A DNA stretch of 59,320 bases, the filler included, from Sphacelaria rigidula (lineage: Eukaryota), in the NCBI GenBank assembly GCA_964200075.2. It is 10 parts of 10 records of this genome, joined end to end, with 100 filler letters (N's around TTAATTAATTAA, not from the genome) between each part and the next. Parts side by side here need not be neighbours in the genome. Positions count along the whole stretch, not along the records: positions 1 to 5,842 come from CAXNAA020024028.1; positions 5,943 to 11,784 come from CAXNAA020024029.1; positions 11,885 to 17,726 come from CAXNAA020024030.1; 7 more parts are not named here. One strand, given 5' to 3'. The notes beneath the pieces were generated by a model. The model was given only the letters and a program-made list of their open reading frames with translations, did no database searches and was not told the DNA's origin. Made by a program: the position numbers and the translations under genes. Position 1 is the stretch's first letter, and every line of letters starts with the position of its first letter. Shown one piece after another: positions 1-12,597 of the stretch.

Positions 1-249
1 AGGCGATTTTCTCCCGTGGATTGATTTTTCGGACCCCAGTCCGTTGGGCAATGTTTTCCGGCTAGCTGTGAGCATTTGAATCAAAGATCGGGGGAGATGC
101 GGGAGTCAACCGATTTGAACAGAGAGGTGGTATACCAACAGTAAGCGTCCAGAGAATCGGAGAATTGATCTGGTTTGCTCACAGCTAGCCGAAAAACATT
201 GCCCAACAGACTGGGGTCCGAAAAATCAATCCACGGTAAAGAATTGCCT
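1..249. repeat. Inverted repeat (arms about 1-74 and 176-249), foldback/MITE-like, cut by the scaffold start
   Basis: aggcgattttctcccgtggattgatttttcggaccccagt...gtgagca is the reverse complement of tgctcacagc...aaaaatcaatccacggtaaagaattgcct, with a few mismatches. Confidence 0.85.
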
Positions 250-941
250 GTAGACGGGCTGAAATCCTCATATTTGTAAAAATCGAGATTGGTTGCCATT
301 AAAGATGGTCTGACTACAGATTTCTCCGCAAACTCTAGTGTCGGAAAAAAACGTCGCTATATTTTTGGAAAAGTCAGAAACATTTCCAACCGATCGAAAA
401 ATTGAAGAAACACAAATCTGAAGAAATTCTCGAGTCGATAATACCCCGAACCCCAACCCCAACCTGAGACAGACCGAGAACCATCAGGCAATGGAGATAG
501 ATATGGTGTTCTAGGTAAAATGCATGTCAGCAGAGCTCTCACTGGCGCCGAAGGCGTCGATTGGAGCAAAACCGCCTTCTGCGCACACGCCACCCACAAT
601 CCGAGCTATAATAGTGCGCGGGACTGTGAGCCGTACAAAGGTACGAATATGATGCTTGTCTGCTTGATGGATAATCGCACTTTCTGTGGTCCCCCAGGGA
701 TACAGCCGTGGTCATATAATAGACGTACGCGAGATTGAAACAATATGGGAAAGAAAAAAATCTGAAGGAAAGTGAAGGAACACAGAATGATGATCCACAC
801 TGAATAACCCAAGTATGTAATCAATCGTTGTTTACTTTTTCGCCGAACCGGGGTATACTCTACAGCCGTGCTCGTCAGAGTAAATATATTTGACTCTTTG
901 TTCAAGACGTGGTGGCCCTCGAGTAATGCCGCAATAGCCCC

Positions 942-976
<35 letters not shown>

Positions 977-1414
977 ACCCATCCCCCTCACCAATCACAC
1001 ACAGCAACACGAGCCCACCCCCCCCCCACCCCCCCACCCCCCCCCGCCCNNNNNNNNNNGACTCTTTGTTCAAGACGTGGTGGCCCCCGAGTAATGCCGC
1101 AATAGCCCCCCCCCCCCCCCCCCCCCCCCCCCCACCAACCAATGGTCAAATGACTAAGGCAAGCAACAAATGAGTACGCCCCCCCCCCCCACACCCCCCC
1201 AAATGCGTACACCCTCAATTCAGCCCCCAAACTGTCACGAAGGAAATTGCCATACAGTACATGATGACTGGTTTGAAGACTATATCAAGCACCTCTTGAG
1301 GGCGACATTGGCGAAAACAATCCCAAGTCAAAGTTTTCTCAGCTGCTCGGTGTTGTTGGCTTCTGTCATTTAGATTTCACGTGTAGCTTTTGCCATCTCA
1401 AGCCAGCCAATTTT

Positions 1415-1748
1415 CAGGAATAAATCGCGGAGCGGATTATTACGGTGCGGTTTGTTAATCCGCACCGCTCCGTGGCATTTGTAGGGGGCGGATATCCGCT
1501 CCGCGACGATCCGTGATATCTCCCACCGGCGGATATCCGCTCCGCTCAGTACAATATTCGAAAAATCCGCTCCGCACCGTGACATTTTTGTTGGCGGATA
1601 CCCGCTCCGCAATCATCCGTGAATTTTCCGACGTACGGATATCCGCTCCGCTCCGTGACAATTGAAAAAAACGCTCCGCTCCGTATAGATTACAGCTGCG
1701 CGGTTGGAACCGTGAAACGCGGTTATCTACGGTGCGGTTTTATCCACT
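1415..1748. mobile_element. Array of CGGATATCCGCTCCG motifs, hAT-like subterminal region (degenerate)
   Basis: Four (G/A)CGGATA(T/C)CCGCTCCG units plus many CCGC(T/A)CCG half-sites; same motif and orientation as 2460-3011. Confidence 0.55.
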
Positions 1749-1756
1749 TCGTAGGT

Positions 1757-2035
1757 AATCCGTGCGTCCTCCGTGGCATAACTTACAGATCGAACCGCTT
1801 AAAGACACGGATTTCCCCGGACGAATTTGTTCTGAATGCCGAATAACTTGGAATTCGAAATATGAAAATATTGTTCTGTTTGAGCAATTCGCCGATAACG
1901 TCCTGAAATTGTGCTCCGTACTTAATCCGTGCGTTCTCCGTAGCATCACTCAGATCAAACCGCTGAAAAGCCACAAAATCCCATGGATAAATTGTTCCGA
2001 ATGTCGGGTAAGTTGGAATTCGAAGTACAAAAATA
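1757..2035. repeat. Diverged direct repeat of about 110 bp (1757-1870 / 1924-2035)
   Basis: aatccgtgcgt...cagatc.aaccgct...ttgttc.gaatg...ttggaattcgaa occurs twice. Confidence 0.8.
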
Positions 2036-2459
2036 CTCAAGGGTCTGGGCAGTCTTACGACCCCCGAAAACCGGTCAGTCCGTAAGTCGTTCAATGGTAA
2101 GCGCAGATGTGATCTTATTTTGGAGTGTGGAGGGGATGCCTAGTAGATCCCCAACCTTTGAGATCAAATGTCCACTGGGATGAGCGGTGGCACGCGAAAT
2201 CGCTTTCGAATATCCCCGACTACGAAAACACTATGAAAATCTCCCTTTTCAGTTGAAAGCTATTGTGCTGCTATTGACGCCATTCTTTAGGAATGTATTC
2301 CATGCTTTTTCTTGTGGTGGATAGCGTTTGTCCTGAGTCAAGCGCTGCTCCTGTTGCGCGGCTGCCACCCCGCCCCCCGTCACCCTGTCCTGTAGGGTGA
2401 CATTCAAAATTCAAATATGTACTGTTCATTATTCTCAATTGATTTTTTTTTTTTCTCTC

Positions 2460-3011
2460 CAGGGATTCGACCTTACATGTGCGCTATTTAATCCGCCGTC
2501 CCCCTGTCCAGCAGCTGAGAGTCATAGCAAAACAACTCCTTTCGTACTTCTTGGTGTTCATCCGCGGGTATCCATACATTTTTCGCGGATAACCGTGTAT
2601 CGTTTTCACGGATTACTGCGACGGTGCACCGCGGGGAATCGCCGCGGTTTGTGCGGTTTGTTCCACGAAGGGGGGCAAACCGCTCCGTGAAAAAATCCAT
2701 GCCACGGATATCCGCTCCGCAATAATCCCGTGCGTTTGTAGCGGGCGGATATCCGCTCCGTGAAAATCCGTCAGTTTTCCCACTGATGGATATCCGCTCC
2801 GCTCCGTACCCTGTTCGAAAAATCCGCACCGTACCGTGACGTTTGCCATTGCGGATATCCGCTCCGCAATAATCCGTGACTCGTTCATTGGCGGATATCC
2901 GCTCCGTCATAATCCGTAATTTTCCACACAGACGGATATCCGCTCCGCTCCGTGAGGTTTCTAAAAAAAAAATCCGCACCGCGCAGCGGACTGTCCTCCG
3001 TACACATCCCT
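2460..3011. mobile_element. Putative non-autonomous hAT element
   Basis: Ends CAGGGAT...ATCCCTG (7-bp TIR, like the Ac/Ds CAGGGATG end); six GGATATCCGCTCCG repeats; no 8-bp TSD seen. Confidence 0.55.
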
Positions 3012-4101
3012 GCCAATTTTCTGGGGAAGGCTATCGCGTCATTACTCCCACATGATTTTTTCGAATGAAAATGGTTGTAGTGCTGCTTCAACAAAAAGAC
3101 TTGATGTTCACGTACCCCCGCGCCGCAGTAGTTGTTTGGTTTAATGGGTACAAGCTACCACACCCTGGAAAATAGATTCTATTGCCAAAAAATGCATTGC
3201 GTACAGTATGGAATCTTTTGTCTGTTGCAATAGGCGCAATAGTCGATACTATACGCAGTACACTTTTTGACTATGTATTATTTGTCCAGGGTATGCAACC
3301 TACACCATTAGGTCGGGAAAATGATGTTTGTATTTATTGTCATATGTAGGTAGGTTTCGCCCCCCCCCTGCCCCTACAAAATACAACGGATCTGGTTTTT
3401 CTGACGAAGAAGCATTGGGCCGGATTTTGAAGAGGAGTTTATTTGAGGCAGGTCCACGCGGCACGATAGAGAGTACTGATCCAGTCCGCGACAGAATGAT
3501 GCTACTGTGGGGGCGCAGAGTTATTTCCTGGTATTCGAATTGTTAGGAATCCTCTATCTCATTAAACAAAAACTCTGTGAAATATGTGACAACACCCCCA
3601 CGATATGCACTCCAATGGGCTAGGGACATCCCGAATAAATGTGACAACGGGAATATCCTGACCCATATTCTTGTGTAGCTCCTGACTTTAGGATCCCCCC
3701 TCAGTGAGAAAGATCGGGATCCGCGTGTGCAACCCCTACCATAGCATGTTACTATACAACAAATTGTAAGACGTAACCGAGATTGTTGGACGATCGTCGA
3801 CGCGGTGCGGGGGTGCTGATGGTCATAATCCAACCCGCGAAACCAAAATTCGAGGCGCGTGCGTTCCAGAAGAGAGATGTAGATGTTGATCCCTCAGGCC
3901 GCTTCTTGTAGTTGACAAAAATAAAAGTCCGATAAAAATGCTGTTTCGGCCCTTCTTCGTTTTACGCCCTGAAAGAGAGCTAGACGGAGTTTGACACCTT
4001 GGAATGACTTGCTCTATAGTAGTCACCATCAGAAGTTTTCAGAATTTGTAGTCGTCCTTTTTTCTGAGTTTTTCCGGAGTACCGTTTTTCACTATTACTT
4101 G

Positions 4102-4570
4102 AAAGTGCTAGCGCCGGTAGATTTAAGGAGAAAGCGTAGGCCGCGCTCAAACTGCAGTGCTCACGTTGGTGTTTTTGGGGCGATACGGACTTGATACTCC
4201 GTTTATCAGGAGGGTGTTATTGACCGTTTTTGGTCCAACATGGGCAGTTTCCCCGCTCTCCAGCGACGAAACGGTAAATATTCAGATAAATTAATACGTA
4301 TAAAATTCTTGACAGTAACGATCGAGATCGTGTTTACCTCATATACTACACAGACCTCAGTCTAGCATTTTCTGCGGATGACCTATTTTCGTTTTTTTTC
4401 GCATAACATTTTCCATGAGCACTCAAAAGTGCTAGCGTCGATAGTTTTGGCAAAATAAGCAAACCGTGCTCAAATCACAATCGCCCAAGTTGGTGTTGTG
4501 GGGGCGATACCGGGTAAAGACCCCACCCCGTTTATCAGGAGGGTGTTATTGACCGTAAATGGTCCAAGAA
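4102..4570. repeat. Diverged direct repeat of about 140 bp
   Basis: aaagtgctagcg...ttggtgtt...ggggcgatac...ccgtttatcaggagggtgttattgaccgt...tggtccaa at about 4102 and about 4426. Confidence 0.8.
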
Positions 4571-4707
4571 ACATAGTTTTCCTGCTTTAGCGCAGTGACT
4601 AGGTGGAATTTCAAAAAAACAATCCTTTTTGAGTCTTCACTTATTTAATCCGGATCGAGTCGGTCCACCGGAAATACCGAAAAGCTAGAGCCTGGGGTCG
4701 TATTTTC

Positions 4708-5015
4708 CAGGGAGGGATACGTGACACGCGAACGTGAACGTGACGTGAATCACGTTCGTCAAATTTAACGTGACGTGACACGTGACGCGTGTCACGTTCG
4801 GAAAATGTAACGTGACGTGAACGTGCCATCTGTAAATTTAACGTGACGTGAACGTGACGTTAATCACGTTGAAAAAATTTAACGTGACGTTTCGTCACAT
4901 GTCACGTAATATGTCACGTGACATTGTCACGTATCACGTATGATGTAACGTGACATTGTCACGTATCACGTATCATGTAACGTGACATTGACACGTGTCA
5001 CGTTCGAATTTAACG
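4708..5015 (+). mobile_element. hAT-like terminus with ACGTGAC/GTCACGT array
   Basis: Starts CAGGGAGGGA, then about 300 bp of dense aacgtgac/gtcacgt motifs in both orientations; motif recurs at about 5605-5625. Confidence 0.5.
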
Positions 5016-5842
5016 TTTCATTCTATGCATATCGCGGCTCACACCAGGGTTGGAGGTGTTTTGACGTGTCGTGTAACGCGTGAAGTCGCCGTGTGGGTGG
5101 CACTGACGGTCGCCTATCGTATGTTTGATCGTGGGCGCATTATCTAAGTGTATAACGCTTCTTTCTCTACAGTGTATCATGCATTCGTCCTTGACCGGAT
5201 AAGTTTCCCTGTCTTTTCAATGTCTCATTTCAAGTTTCCAAGATTCGAATGCTTGTCATTCGCACGACAGCACATACTGTACATACAAAAGTTCGCGAAC
5301 GAGATTGAACGCCGGCTTGAGTCTTCCTGGCATTTCCCAGACAGAACTACGTCGGTACCCTTGGCTCTACACGTGTATGACAGGTTTACACCGCCAGGCA
5401 ATCTACACATTTCTCTGGCTTGACAAGCTTTTGTTTCACTGTACACAGACTGATGAATTTTCCACTTTTCCATCAGATCAAACCGCCACGAAACCAGCCG
5501 TTGCGGTAGATGCTGCAGCTGAAGGCACGGGCCGAGACTGACTGGAGGCTGCGGCTGACTGTTGACCCGCCGAATTCCCCCTTGAATCCATCTCGTGTAC
5601 TCGTGCACGTGAACGTGACGTGAACGAGTATGTTACACCTGGTCCCTTGATATCTTGATATGAATATGGTCGAGATGATTATGATGTTGTGGTGCTGTGC
5701 TGCGATGATGACTTGTAATGTCAGCTGTGGGGTAGAGCGGCAGAGCGCGAACTTGCCGCCAGAGTATGTTCTATACCGTGGTCATTCAAACTCACACGTG
5801 TATCTTGAAGCACAATCTTCAATCTTCTAGGATTTCAAATTT

Positions 5843-5942
5843 NNNNNNNNNNNNNNNNNNNNNNNNNNNNNNNNNNNNNNNNNNNNTTAATTAATTAANN
5901 NNNNNNNNNNNNNNNNNNNNNNNNNNNNNNNNNNNNNNNNNN
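5843..5942. other. Artificial scaffold linker; others at 11785-11884, 17727-17826, 23669-23768, 29611-29710, 35553-35652, 41495-41594, 47437-47536, 53379-53478
   Basis: N44-TTAATTAATTAA-N44 (stops in all six frames), repeating every 5942 bp. Confidence 0.99.
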
Positions 5943-6279
5943 TTTAATCCTCCGGGTTCTCATCCTCAATGAAAAGCACCATCCTCAACATAGATGATCG
6001 GCTGTTTTTCAGCGAAAGCTGTTGAGAGTTTTTCATCCTTTAGCCCATACACACATGGACTAGGGGGTAGAAGGATGTATACCTTTCAACAACGTTTTCT
6101 GCGTGTCGGACCCCATGCGCTGGTAAAGGTGCAGTATGCGGGATTTACCTAGCTGACGCTGCTCGCAATGAATATCTTTTCCCCAAATCTCCGGATGAAA
6201 TGGAGGGCAAAGTGAAGGTGTATTTTGAGCTTCTTCTGCTGGTCAAATTCCAAATTTGCCAGTGTGCATGGGATTTGCG

Positions 6280-6522
6280 CAGCAGTAGAAGCTGTTCGAA
6301 ATAGATCCTTCTTTCGCTCATTTCAAAAATGGGCGAATAAAGGATCGATTTTGAACAGCTTCTTCTGCTGTTCGAAGTAGATCCTTATTTTCGCCGAAAT
6401 GAATTGGGCGAGAAAAGGATCTGTTTTGAATAGTTTGTCCTGCTGTCCAGAATGAATTCCTTTTTGCCCGATTCAAATCGGGTGAAGAGGAGTTTACCTC
6501 GGACAGGAGGACAAGCTATTGA
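6280..6522. repeat. Three tandem, related imperfect hairpins
   Basis: Units gctgttcgaa..agatcctt..ttcgc / gcga..aaggatc..ttttgaa.ag repeated, with the third most diverged. Confidence 0.7.
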
Positions 6523-9500
6523 AAATATATTAATTTACAGATTTTGTTTCAAAATATTTGGAATTAAAAAAAAAAAACGTCAGCGTTTTTACCAAAACAC
6601 TACCACATGACGGTGCAGGGCTTTGCCGACGTGCCTACACAGGGCTGCAAATTCAACCCTGGGGAAAACCCTATCAAAAGGCTACGAGGGGTACAGGTTT
6701 GGAGTTTCACTGTCAGGGTTTTTCCACGAAGACTGTGGAGGACCCTGTACGGACCCTGCACAGTGCGCCCCACAGGGTGCTATCTTTCCACGGGTGTAGT
6801 CATTTCCGTCATCAATAGAGTAGGTGAGCTGACTATCGAGAGCACTTGGCGTTATCAACATATTTGGTGAGCTGTTGGTTGGTAGCCTTTCCCGTCAGTG
6901 TAGTAAACAATCTATTGATAGCTCTGCCGCCAGCAATGGATTTCGGAGTATATATCGATGTAGCTATTGCCGTTCATAATTGATTGTTTTAGGGTGCATA
7001 AGCCGATAGCGAGAGACACCAACGATACGCTTTGAGGAGTATATTGCTAACTGTAGAGGTCTTACGGCGTCAACGGCACTACCCACGTACATGGACAAGA
7101 AACTACCTGAGGCGAAAAGTGGTCATAGCTTCTGTGGAATAAGGCACAAATGTTCATCGAAAAGAATGTTCGCATAGGTAGCGAGCAACGCCATTCAGCT
7201 GCTGTTGTGGCAAACATTGTTAGATATTGACGACCGCGATTCAGATTAGATTGTGACCTGTAATTGACATCTATGGGCGCGATTTGTTGTTGTGAACAAC
7301 AATAATTATACATACTGGTGGCCGCGGTGCAGATCCTACTGTGATTAGCGATGAGGTGGCCGCAATTTAGAACCTATTGCAGAACAAATAACGTATCGAT
7401 AGACAACTTGGCCCCTCTATTGTCATGACAATGATACATCATGCCCCATGCCCTGAATCTGTTGTCACCAACAACAGCGACGGATGGACAGTGCTGCCAG
7501 TCAATTGTGACTGGCGAGGAATATTGACAGTCAAATATTCAGAGCCATTGTTCAAGGAATGCTCTATTGCCTACTTTTTATTCTAGGGGTCAAGCAAATC
7601 TCACCCACGCACAAAACAAATACAAGCGCTCCGTCCATCAAAGGGACAGCCATGAATACCAACATCACACCAACAACAAAGCTCGTAAACGTTTGTTCAC
7701 ACATAATGCAGATTTCTGCAACATGCAACCTTTCCAAACATTAAGGAGTCGTCACGACGGAGATCAAAAACTAGTATCATCATATATGTGATGGTCGAGC
7801 CATAGGGTGTGCGGATATCAGTTTCAAGGAACTCACACAGTCGGTGGTTGTGTTAGGCAAACGGCCGACCGGTAAATGACTACAGTCGAGTGGTGCAACA
7901 CTCTAGCACAAGTAAATTCATTGACCAGAGAGTCCGCTTCAGTACTGCATCAATCATATGACAGACTCACTGCCGTGTGCAGAGTGGTGCTCTTGACTTG
8001 CTTACAATCTAAATGTCTCCAACTAGTTGGCTGATAGCTTTGTTATTAGACGCTGCTACTGGTTAACTAAACGATAGAGATTAGGTAGCTGGAAGTTGTG
8101 AGGTACCGGGTGCGGAGCACCAAACTGGACACAACACTAATATGTAAATTGAATACATGCCACGCGTACTTCGGAACGCCGATGACATATACAGCCGATA
8201 TCCGCCGTAACATTCCCCTCCCTTGCTTTGTGCACGCTGCTCATGCAAGGTGAGGAAAGTCACAGCTCAATTCACTCCGGAGGTGACTCACTCAAGTCTG
8301 TATGCCATCAGCCTAGTTTCACGCCAACGACGAGAAACCGCAGAATTTCGGGGCTAGTGTAAACCGCAGGAAAAACTTGTCATGAAGTCGGAAAGACGAG
8401 CAAAACGTGGTTTTCAGGAAAACGTCTAATCGCCTGGGGAAACAATCTCACACGCCCTTTCAGATCATGGCGACTGCTTTCGTATGGACCGTGTCTTCCT
8501 GGGATCCCCGTTATAATGGAGAACAGAAACCACTGAGAATAGACGGTGACCGTTTTCAGGTGGTAACGGCACCTAGACACACCAATCCTGGGTTGTGTGG
8601 GACTCGCTTTAAGCGGACTTGCAAAAAGCTGACACACTGAAGAGAAAAGAAAAAACGATTACTGGTTGGTGGGAGTGCTGCGGGCTTTTCTCCTATCGAC
8701 CAGTATTCGCTAACCTCCTGGACACCGGGGGACTACATCGTAGATCATCCGTTCAGTCACGATACAGTGTCCCAGCAGGTACTCGGCGCCCACCCTTTTA
8801 TCAATGCTAACGCAATGTTCGCTTACATGAATACGTCTACATGGAAAGGGTCGGGCGCCCGTAAGTCGGATCAACGTTCAACGAGGACGAAGAAACATGA
8901 TGAAGGGATCGGGTATCTGAAACGAAGGGGTCAGCTCTGACAAAATCAAGAAAAAAAACGAAGAAAAAACACTCCCCATGGTATGCACGACCGGAAAAGA
9001 AACGAAAAGAGCGAAGCAAGACCAATCCCGCGAAAAAGGGAAAAAACACTTGTCCTTTCTGCTCAGTCTCGGTCAAAACCCTCTCAGGCAGTGAAACATA
9101 TGGGGAACAACTTCAGAGCATCACTGCGGGACAGAGGGACATGTCGTGCTCGTGCGGGATGGCATACTTGATGCCTTGGCTGGGTGATACAGATGTCAAA
9201 GGGCGTTCAACCCGTCCTCTCGTGGAGGCGTGAGGCTTTTCAGGACTTTCTCTGGTAGAAACTACGACATTTTTCCATCCTGACTTATTCTCGGCATTCT
9301 CAACCTGAATTTCACTTCTGAATATAAACTCGCGACGTCCATGAGGGCAAGGAGGTGAGGCTTTGACTTCAAGGTTGGCGTCGCCTTGAAGTCTTGTGTT
9401 GAGGCATGCTGGGCAAACTCGTCAGCAATTCAGTACCTCAGGTGAGGCAGGCATCCGAGATGCGGTTTGACATCTGACGGACAATCTCACGCGTATGTAA

Positions 9501-11705
9501 TTTGTGTCCTTGCATCACCACCTCCAGACTGCGTCTCGTCGTCAATGATTGTTACTTCCAAAGGTACGGTGTACTCGTGAATTAGCTTCCTGCCTTTACC
9601 ATCTCCACACGTCGGAGTCTCACTCATGACTATCACCAGTCTCACCTCGCGTAGGTGCTATTTGCGCTGTTCTACGAAAGCGTCCGGTCCCCTGCTCAGT
9701 TCTGCTTCTTGTGAAAGAGGTACGGGTGAGTCTAGCGAGTCTAGCGATGTGCGTGGTTTACGTCCAAACGGCAACCCGAAGGGCGACATGTCCGAGGGTA
9801 GCAGCTTGTCAGGCAATGTGCGCTTGATCCAAAAACCAAACGAGACGGATTCATTCCACCTGAGGTATTGGCTTGCAAAGTTCCAACAGTATGTTCGGCA
9901 GCCATCCTCCCGGTATTTCGACTGCGCCCTCACTGCGCGGGACATCTGACGGTTCGAAAAGCGAACCCTCTTTCATCCATCTGCACAATGGGTGACTACC
10001 TCCACCCTGAGCTCGTCACCTCTGTTCAGCGATCATTTTTAAGGAACACCGGAAGTGAGGCACATTCGGCGGGGGCGCGGACTACCACGTTAGCTTTTTT
10101 CGATGGCGGTAAAAACCCAAATTGGAATCAGGAAGCGAGGGCAACTACCAGGCAGGTGTACTCATGTGAATGCAACGTTACCTCAATCATTGGCAAGTTG
10201 ATCTCCACCTCGTCCCCTGGGTCTGTCGCAAGCCCCTACCTCATCGCCATTTGATGCGTGCTTGCTCTCTTGGGCCCCCTGCAACTGTTAACTGCATGAC
10301 AGCACATTTTGCCCGATATCTTTCGTCTTCGTCTACCAAAGAAAGCGGCCACGCATCTAGGATAGAGTGTCGCCTACTGCTGCATTTTCTTGGAATATGT
10401 GAACGCGTGCCAACAGGACGGCTATCATCGTTTATGGAACCGTCTGCAGCTTCTTGTCATCGATCCCCAGGTATCGCGGTATGTCATACCTGTCTGTCTA
10501 TTTGGTAGTCAGGTCGCCTGTCACCTACTGTTTCGGCAGTCGCGTTCCGCCCCAGTTACATTCGCACCTGTTTCAGAAAGGGTCTCCTTTTTGGCGCTCA
10601 AATTGGATGCTTTCATGAGGGCACGATCATTTGCCGCTGTGTCCACCAGGTGGAGGTCTGCGGACGAACTAGGCGTCTCTCCCCCTGCGTAGAGCACTTC
10701 GCCTTCCTCCGTTCGCTCGCTGACTGTGCTGAATGGTGTTGGGTCTACCAATTGGGGAGCTACGTGACGCTACTCAGCAAAAAACGGCGTTGACTTGCCG
10801 CGAAAGGTGTACAGTACTCGTCAACGAGGGATAGTTCTAGCTCACCGTTGATGGAGACCAGAACCTCCTTTGGGTCCGTGGAGAACAGTCCAGTGTCGAA
10901 AAAGCCCAGCAGGACGTCCACAAGTTCCCGTTTCTCCGCCTCACCTACCTATTTGATGCTTGTGTGATACGCTTACCTTGACGGCGGGTTGGTCGAGCGA
11001 CACGGTTGGGACTTCTGACGGGGATCTACCTTCCGCTACTCTCACGAGTATGTTACGGACCCGTGAGTCGGGAGGTCAGAGGCAGGGGTACGATTATGGA
11101 TCCAACTACGTGCATCGGGGAAACCTTACTCTGAGCAGGGATGGTAGCGCAGAAACGCCTGCCGCACCAAGGTTGAAAGAGTACTGTCTCACATGTTAAC
11201 CTTACTCTACAACATTACCAACAAATAGTTACGCCACCTTCTCCGATGTCTAGCAAAACCTCCTTTGGCCGCGATTGGTGGAGCCGCTGTCAAAGCCTGA
11301 TTTCACCCGTTACCCCGAGTTGCCTTTCGTTGCGCTTAGTGGTCGTCCCCGTAGTTTGCCATCGCAGGTTTCTCAAGGCAAATGTACCTAGGGTGTACTT
11401 TCGTGTATCAGGCAAAGGAGCTAACAAATTGTTCGCCAAATACACACCATGAATGGACGAGCTATACGCTTGCAGCATGGAGGTAGCAATTCAAATAGCG
11501 AAGATGGGTAGAGAGTGAAATTGGCACGGGAAGTAGAGAGAATAGAGGTAAAACATGTGGAAAGCGAGAGGAAAAAATCGGCCGAAAATCAAGCGGTACC
11601 ATACGGTAGACAGGGGGACAAAAAAACAGAATACCAATATGCGAGTCAGTGAAGGGGGAAATTGACGTAAATAATGCGTCGTGGGCTTCATATTTTTTTC
11701 CTTAC

Positions 11706-11784
11706 ACTTTAAACCTCTCCCCTCCCTTGGGATGAGTCCGTGGTCTCAAGGGATCAACCCATCTCTCCCCCGGTACGTCTCGGG
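11706..11784 (-). mobile_element. SINE family 2, 3' part (cut by scaffold end)
   Basis: gagtccgtggtctcaagggatcaacccatctctcccc matches about 58990-59026. Confidence 0.75.
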
Positions 11785-12029
11785 NNNNNNNNNNNNNNNN
11801 NNNNNNNNNNNNNNNNNNNNNNNNNNNNTTAATTAATTAANNNNNNNNNNNNNNNNNNNNNNNNNNNNNNNNNNNNNNNNNNNNTGACCATTGACCACGC
11901 ATCCCTTTCGAGACGGAGCACCGTTCCTACTCCTAATAGAGACACCTCCAACTTTCTCGGTTGATCGATGGGAGGTACATGTTCTGGTCATGAGGTTGTG
12001 TTCGGATTGAGCCTACATCCGTACCTCCC

Positions 12030-12560
12030 CAAGGTATATACCTGTGCTCATACCTGCAATGGGGTATATCTGTAATGGTATACCCGAACGCGGGGAGGGG
12101 TACGGAAGGCTTTTAGAGCTCACAGAACTGTCGGGTACCGGTACTGGATGAAGGTCTTGCGGAAATTACAGAGCTTGTCGGGTACGGTATAGGAGGTTTA
12201 CAGAAAACCGATACCGGCAATCGGATGTTTCTTCAAGAGCATACCCGCTCTTCGGGTACGGGTAAACATTATGTACAGGACTCACAGGAAGGTCGGGTAA
12301 GGTATGGAGGTTGCACAGAAAACCGTACTCGCAATCAGGTATTTCATCAAGAGCGTACCCGTGCCCCCCGGTAACGGTGCGGGAGTCTTACAGAGATTAC
12401 AGAACTATCGGATGAGGGTATGAAAGTCTTACAGAGATTACAGAACTATTGGGTAAGGGTATGAAAGTCTTACAGAAGTCACAGAAATGTCGGGTACGGT
12501 AAATACCCGGCAAAATTCCCCGGTCATGAAGAAAACCGTACCCTACAGGACACAACCTTG
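12030..12560. mobile_element. Putative non-autonomous hAT-like element with CGGGTACGGTA/ACAGAA repeat array
   Basis: Imperfect TIR CAAGGTatataCCTGT / ACAGGacacaACCTTG (11/16); internal 40-60-bp units acagaa...tcgggta.ggta; no TSD seen. Confidence 0.5.
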
Positions 12561-12597
12561 AAATAATCACTCATGCAGTAACTATTTTTTTGCATCT

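Noticed and set aside
892..1140. Duplicated 55-bp segment with poly-C, giving Pro-rich and Gly-rich ORFs
   Set aside because: The copies flank a 10-N gap in homopolymer sequence; probably a scaffolding overlap artefact.
5887..5898. Periodic TTAATTAATTAA motif
   Set aside because: Artificial linker flanked by Ns, not biological.
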